A DNA stretch of 64,000 nt from contig CAZPER010000011.1 of the NCBI GenBank assembly GCA_964585655.1, forward strand, positions 1,174 to 65,173. Reading direction: 5' to 3'. The notes under the pieces are model-generated. The model ran no database searches. It had not been told where the DNA came from and saw only the letters and a list, made by a program, of their open reading frames with translations. Both the position numbers and the translations under genes were made by a program. Positions 60,601-64,000 of this stretch are shown here, piece after piece; positions within the stretch are counted from its first letter, which is position 1, and each line of letters starts with the position of its first letter. Source of the stretch: an uncultured Gemmatimonadaceae bacterium (GTDB lineage Bacteria; Gemmatimonadota; Gemmatimonadetes; Gemmatimonadales; GWC2-71-9).

Positions 60601-61977
60601 CTAGTACCCCGGATTCTGGGTCACGTTGGGCGCCACCTGGATCTCCGACTGCGGGATCGGGAAGAGCACCCGGAAGGCGGGGATGCCGAGCACGGTCACG
60701 GCCTGGCCGCTGCGCGCCAGGTCGGGGTAGCGATCGCCTTCCTCGGCGAACTCCAGCCGGCGCTGGGTATCGATCCGGGCCAGGATCTGGGCCTGGGTCG
60801 TGATGTCCACCCCCACGGTATCGGTGTCGAGGCCGGCCCGGGCCAGGATCTGGTTGTAGTTGGCCACGGCGCTGTCCAGCTGGTTCTGCTGGGCAAACGC
60901 CCCCGCCTTGATGAGCAGCACTTCGGCGAAGCGGAGGATGTGGAATTCCTCATCACCATTGGGGCCGGGGAACTTGGTGCCGTACGAGCCGCCCCCCTGC
61001 GTCCCTTCGACGTACCCGCCGCCCGAGGGATCGGGCGCGATGTTCCAGGTAAGCCGGGTATCGGTGGAGAGGGTGTCGTAGGCATCGATCAGCGACTGGG
61101 TCGGCCCCATCTCGAAACGCCCGGCCCCGGTGTTGAGCAGGTCGGAGAGCCAGTAGTACCCCAGCAGGTTGAACTGGTTCAGGGTGAACGTCAGCTTGAG
61201 GATGTCCTCGGGGGTGTCCACCGCGTCGCTGTCGAAGAGGTCGGAGTAGCTCGGCGCCAGGGTGTAGCCCAGCGCCTCCGCCTCCTGCGCCTTGGCGAGC
61301 GCGCTGGCGTAGTTCCCCTGGTAGAGGTACACCCGGGCCAGCAGCGCCTTGGCCGCGCCGAGACTGGCGTGGTTGTCGGGGTCGGTGGTGTTGGTCATCC
61401 GGGTCTCGGCCTCGGTGAGGTCCGCGATGATCTGGGTATAGACCTCGGGCACCGTGGCGCGGGCCAGGTTCGCGGCGTCGTCCGGATTGGTGATCGGCTC
61501 CAGCCGGAGCGGGACGCCCCCGTAGTACTTCACCAGGTTGTGATAGTTGAGCGCCCGGAGGAAGTACGCCTCGCCCAGGATCTGCTCCTGCTCGCCCGGC
61601 GCGAAGCCGGTGACGTTGGGCACCTTCTGGATCAGCACGTTGGTCCGCTTGATCGCCTCGTAGATGGCGTTCCACATGCCGGTCACGTCGGCGTTATCGG
61701 CGAAGAACGCGCGCTGCGCCGCCTCCTGGTAGGAGACGAACGTGCCGGTGTGGTTGGCGTTGTCGGCGTAGAGATCGCCGAAGTGGGTGAACGTGCCGCC
61801 GTAGTAGTACCCGCTCTGGAGGGCGTTGTACGCGCCGGCCAGCGCGGCGCGCGCCCCGCCCGGCGTCTTGATGACCTTGTCGTCCGAGAGCTGGTCGGGC
61901 GGGCTGGTGTCGAGCAGGTCGCCGCAGGCGCCGAGCGCGAGCGTGGCAACAAGCAGGAACGCGGAGCGCTGGAACAT
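60601..61977 (-). CDS. RagB/SusD-family outer-membrane nutrient-binding lipoprotein
   Basis: Start ATG 61977 with lipobox LALGAC. TPR-like SusD core (AYFLRALNYHNLVKYYGGVPL, ARVYLYQGNY). Immediately downstream of a SusC-type gene. Confidence 0.88.
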   Translation of the reverse strand: MFQRSAFLLVATLALGACGDLLDTSPPDQLSDDKVIKTPGGARAALAGAYNALQSGYYYGGTFTHFGDLYADNANHTGTFVSYQEAAQRAFFADNADVTGMWNAIYEAIKRTNVLIQKVPNVTGFAPGEQEQILGEAYFLRALNYHNLVKYYGGVPLRLEPITNPDDAANLARATVPEVYTQIIADLTEAETRMTNTTDPDNHASLGAAKALLARVYLYQGNYASALAKAQEAEALGYTLAPSYSDLFDSDAVDTPEDILKLTFTLNQFNLLGYYWLSDLLNTGAGRFEMGPTQSLIDAYDTLSTDTRLTWNIAPDPSGGGYVEGTQGGGSYGTKFPGPNGDEEFHILRFAEVLLIKAGAFAQQNQLDSAVANYNQILARAGLDTDTVGVDITTQAQILARIDTQRRLEFAEEGDRYPDLARSGQAVTVLGIPAFRVLFPIPQSEIQVAPNVTQNPGY

Positions 61978-62018
61978 GCGGGCGCCTTTCAGGAACTGCG
62001 TGGTCATGGTCGGCATGG

Positions 62019-64000
62019 TTACCACCCCGCCTGCAGCCCGAAGGACCAGGTCCTGGCCACCGGGTAGGCGTAGAAGTCGGTCGCCAGCGAGGCGTTGGCG
62101 GTGGAGCCGTTGCTGTTCACTTCAGGGTTGTAGCCGGTGTAGTCGGTGCTGGTGAAGAGGTTTTCCGCCCGCACGTAGACCCGCGCGTGCGACAGGCGCA
62201 TGCTGCTGGCGAAAGCCTCCGGCAGCTGGTACCCCAGCGTGAGGTCCTGCAGCCGCAGGTAGGAGCCGTCCTCGATCATGCGGGAGGAGATGAGCCGCGC
62301 GCCCGAGGTGCCGTCGAAGCTGGCCCGCGGCTGCTTGGTGTTGTCGCCGGGCGCCTGCCACCGGTCCAGCACTTCGATGAACTTGTTGTCGTAGTTGTAC
62401 CCGCCCTCATCCGAGAAGACCCGCATCCCGTTGAAGACGTCGTTGCCCTTGCTGAACTGGAAGAACCCGGTGAGGTCGAACCGCCGGTAGCTCAGCGTGG
62501 TGGTCAGGCCGCCGGTGTAGTCCGGCCACGGGTTGCCGACGAAGGTCTTGTCCGAGGTGGTGATGCTGCCATCGCCATCCACATCCTTGTAGATCGCATC
62601 GCCGGTGGTCGGGTCCACGCCCTGGAACTTGTAGGCGTGGAACTCGCCCAGCGGGTGTCCCACCGCCACCCGGTTGATGTCGTAGTAGCCGGTGGAGAAC
62701 GGCTGGTTGTCGAACAGCTGGGTCACCCGGTTCCGGTTGAAGGACATGTTGAGGGTCGTCACCAGGCGGAAGCCGTCGGCCCGGGTGGGCTGCAGCGGCA
62801 CGGCGGTGAGGACGAACTCCAGCCCCTTGTTCTGCATGCCGCCGATGTTGTCGGTGAACGAGGTGTAGCCGCTGCTCCCCGGAATCGGCCGGCTGAGGAG
62901 CAGGTCGGTGGTCCGCTTGCGGTACCAGTCGGCGGAGAGGGCCGCGCGGCCGTTCCACAGCTCCAGGTCGAACCCGAGGTTCACCTGGGTGGTCTTCTCC
63001 CAGCTCAGCCCCAGGTTGCCCAGGTTGCACGGGTAGTAGCCCGGCTCATCGCCATAGTTCGCGGTGCAGTAGGTGCCCTGGTAGGGGTAGTCGCCGATGG
63101 CCTGGTTGCCGGTCCGGCCCAGGCTGCCCCGGAGCTTGAGGTTGCTCACGGTGCGGCTGTTGGCGAGGAAGCTTTCCCGGCTCGCCACCCAGGCCACCGA
63201 GGCGCCCGGGAAGAAGCCGTAGCGATCCTCCGGGCCGAACACCGACGACCCGTCCCGCCGGAAGGAGAGGCCGAGGAGGTACTTGCCGTCCAGGGTGTAG
63301 TTGGCCCGCCCGAAGAACGACACCAGGCGATTCTCGGCGTAGGTGCCGGAGAACTGGGTGGCGTTGGTGGCGTTGTTGACCTGGTCCAGCTTCTCGTCGG
63401 TCAGGATCTCGCCGCGGATGAAGGCGTTATCGGTCCGGTTCCGCTCCACGCTCGAGCCGGCGGTGAGGGCCAGCTCGTGCCGCCCGTTCCAGCTCCGGTC
63501 GTAGTTGAGGAACCCGTCGAAGACGTAGCGCCGGCCATTCGAGTAGCCCCGCTTGGCGACGCCGCCGTACTTGGCGCCGTCGGAGCCCGGCACCAGCGGC
63601 GACTGGTACTGCTCCTCGGTCAGGTTGTAGAGGTCCACCCCGACCCGGCCGGTGGCCCGCAGCCCGCCGCCCAGGTCGTACCGCGCCTCCACGTTGCCCA
63701 CCACCAGGTTGGTGAAGGCGTCGGTGGTGTTGTGCTCCGCCAGGTCCACCGCGTTCACGTAGGCCATGCCATCCGCGATGCTGGTGAACCGGCCATCCGG
63801 CTGCCGCACCGGGAAGAACGGCTCGTGCGCGATGGCGTTGCCGACCAGGCCCTCGAGGTTGTCGTCCGCCTCGACCCGCTCATTGTGCTCCCCGGAGAGC
63901 GCGAGGCCGGTGGAGATGTAGAGCTTCGGGGTGGCCTGGAAATCGAGATTGGCGCGGCCGCCGATGCGGCGGTAGCCGGAGGTGAGCACGATGCCGCGCT
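62019..64000 (-). CDS. SusC/RagA-type TonB-dependent outer-membrane receptor (partial; N-terminus beyond the window end)
   Basis: Beta-barrel sequence with Y/F/G/N-rich strands, GLSWEKTTQVNLGFDL, and C-terminal ...ARTWSFGLQAGW. Paired with SusD. Confidence 0.88.
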   Translation of the reverse strand, partial: RGIVLTSGYRRIGGRANLDFQATPKLYISTGLALSGEHNERVEADDNLEGLVGNAIAHEPFFPVRQPDGRFTSIADGMAYVNAVDLAEHNTTDAFTNLVVGNVEARYDLGGGLRATGRVGVDLYNLTEEQYQSPLVPGSDGAKYGGVAKRGYSNGRRYVFDGFLNYDRSWNGRHELALTAGSSVERNRTDNAFIRGEILTDEKLDQVNNATNATQFSGTYAENRLVSFFGRANYTLDGKYLLGLSFRRDGSSVFGPEDRYGFFPGASVAWVASRESFLANSRTVSNLKLRGSLGRTGNQAIGDYPYQGTYCTANYGDEPGYYPCNLGNLGLSWEKTTQVNLGFDLELWNGRAALSADWYRKRTTDLLLSRPIPGSSGYTSFTDNIGGMQNKGLEFVLTAVPLQPTRADGFRLVTTLNMSFNRNRVTQLFDNQPFSTGYYDINRVAVGHPLGEFHAYKFQGVDPTTGDAIYKDVDGDGSITTSDKTFVGNPWPDYTGGLTTTLSYRRFDLTGFFQFSKGNDVFNGMRVFSDEGGYNYDNKFIEVLDRWQAPGDNTKQPRASFDGTSGARLISSRMIEDGSYLRLQDLTLGYQLPEAFASSMRLSHARVYVRAENLFTSTDYTGYNPEVNSNGSTANASLATDFYAYPVARTWSFGLQAGW

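Overview
High-GC bacterial chromosomal segment. The gene content (a SusC/SusD pair, PD40/TolB-like hydrolases, a membrane-anchored SARP-TPR regulator, many secreted peptidases) suggests a Gemmatimonadota- or Acidobacteria-like soil bacterium, but that is inference only. I can support about 58 protein-coding genes. They are densely packed and many are joined by 4-nt ATGA/GTGA stop-start overlaps. I found no rRNA, tRNA, CRISPR array, transposase, integrase or phage genes.

Recognisable blocks, in order:
- otsA-otsB-GH15 trehalose operon.
- NicO-type His-rich metal transporter placed back-to-back with selD. The ORF track splits selD because it carries an in-frame TGA (selenocysteine) codon.
- Tandem USP protein and RNase HI.
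- Thiolase / membrane protein / 3-hydroxyacyl-CoA dehydrogenase operon.
- Squalene/phytoene-synthase-like gene coupled to an FAD-linked oxidase.
- thyX.
- Operon of two Ddl-like ATP-grasp genes plus a GNAT.
- Secreted amidohydrolase, PD40 and M28 hydrolases.
- kamA (lysine 2,3-aminomutase) catabolic cluster with CoA-transferase, two class-III aminotransferases, an aldehyde dehydrogenase and a GntR regulator.
- csaA-like gene and cutC.
- Downstream housekeeping and stress genes: globin, DinB, S9 peptidase, MBL, cupin, Rieske oxygenase, GlcG, msrA, beta-lactamase-fold hydrolase, SusD/SusC.

The best candidate for a poorly described system is the locus at about 38.8-48.9 kb. It contains:
- a degenerate parvulin (PpiC)-like protein;
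- an ABC exporter carrying two cNMP-binding domains and an apparently active C39 double-glycine peptidase domain;
- an HlyD adaptor;
- a sensor-less sigma54 enhancer-binding protein;
- a near-consensus -24/-12 sigma54 promoter;
- two unannotated, very cationic small peptide genes that share a DL-P...V-GG motif;
- a convergent 1001-aa membrane-anchored SARP/BTAD-TPR regulator.

A second recurring signal is a set of intergenic tandem oligomer repeats (7-, 8- and 9-mers). They are often arranged as inverted arms, and some intrude into coding sequence.

All calls come from reading the sequence and translations by eye. No database search was run.
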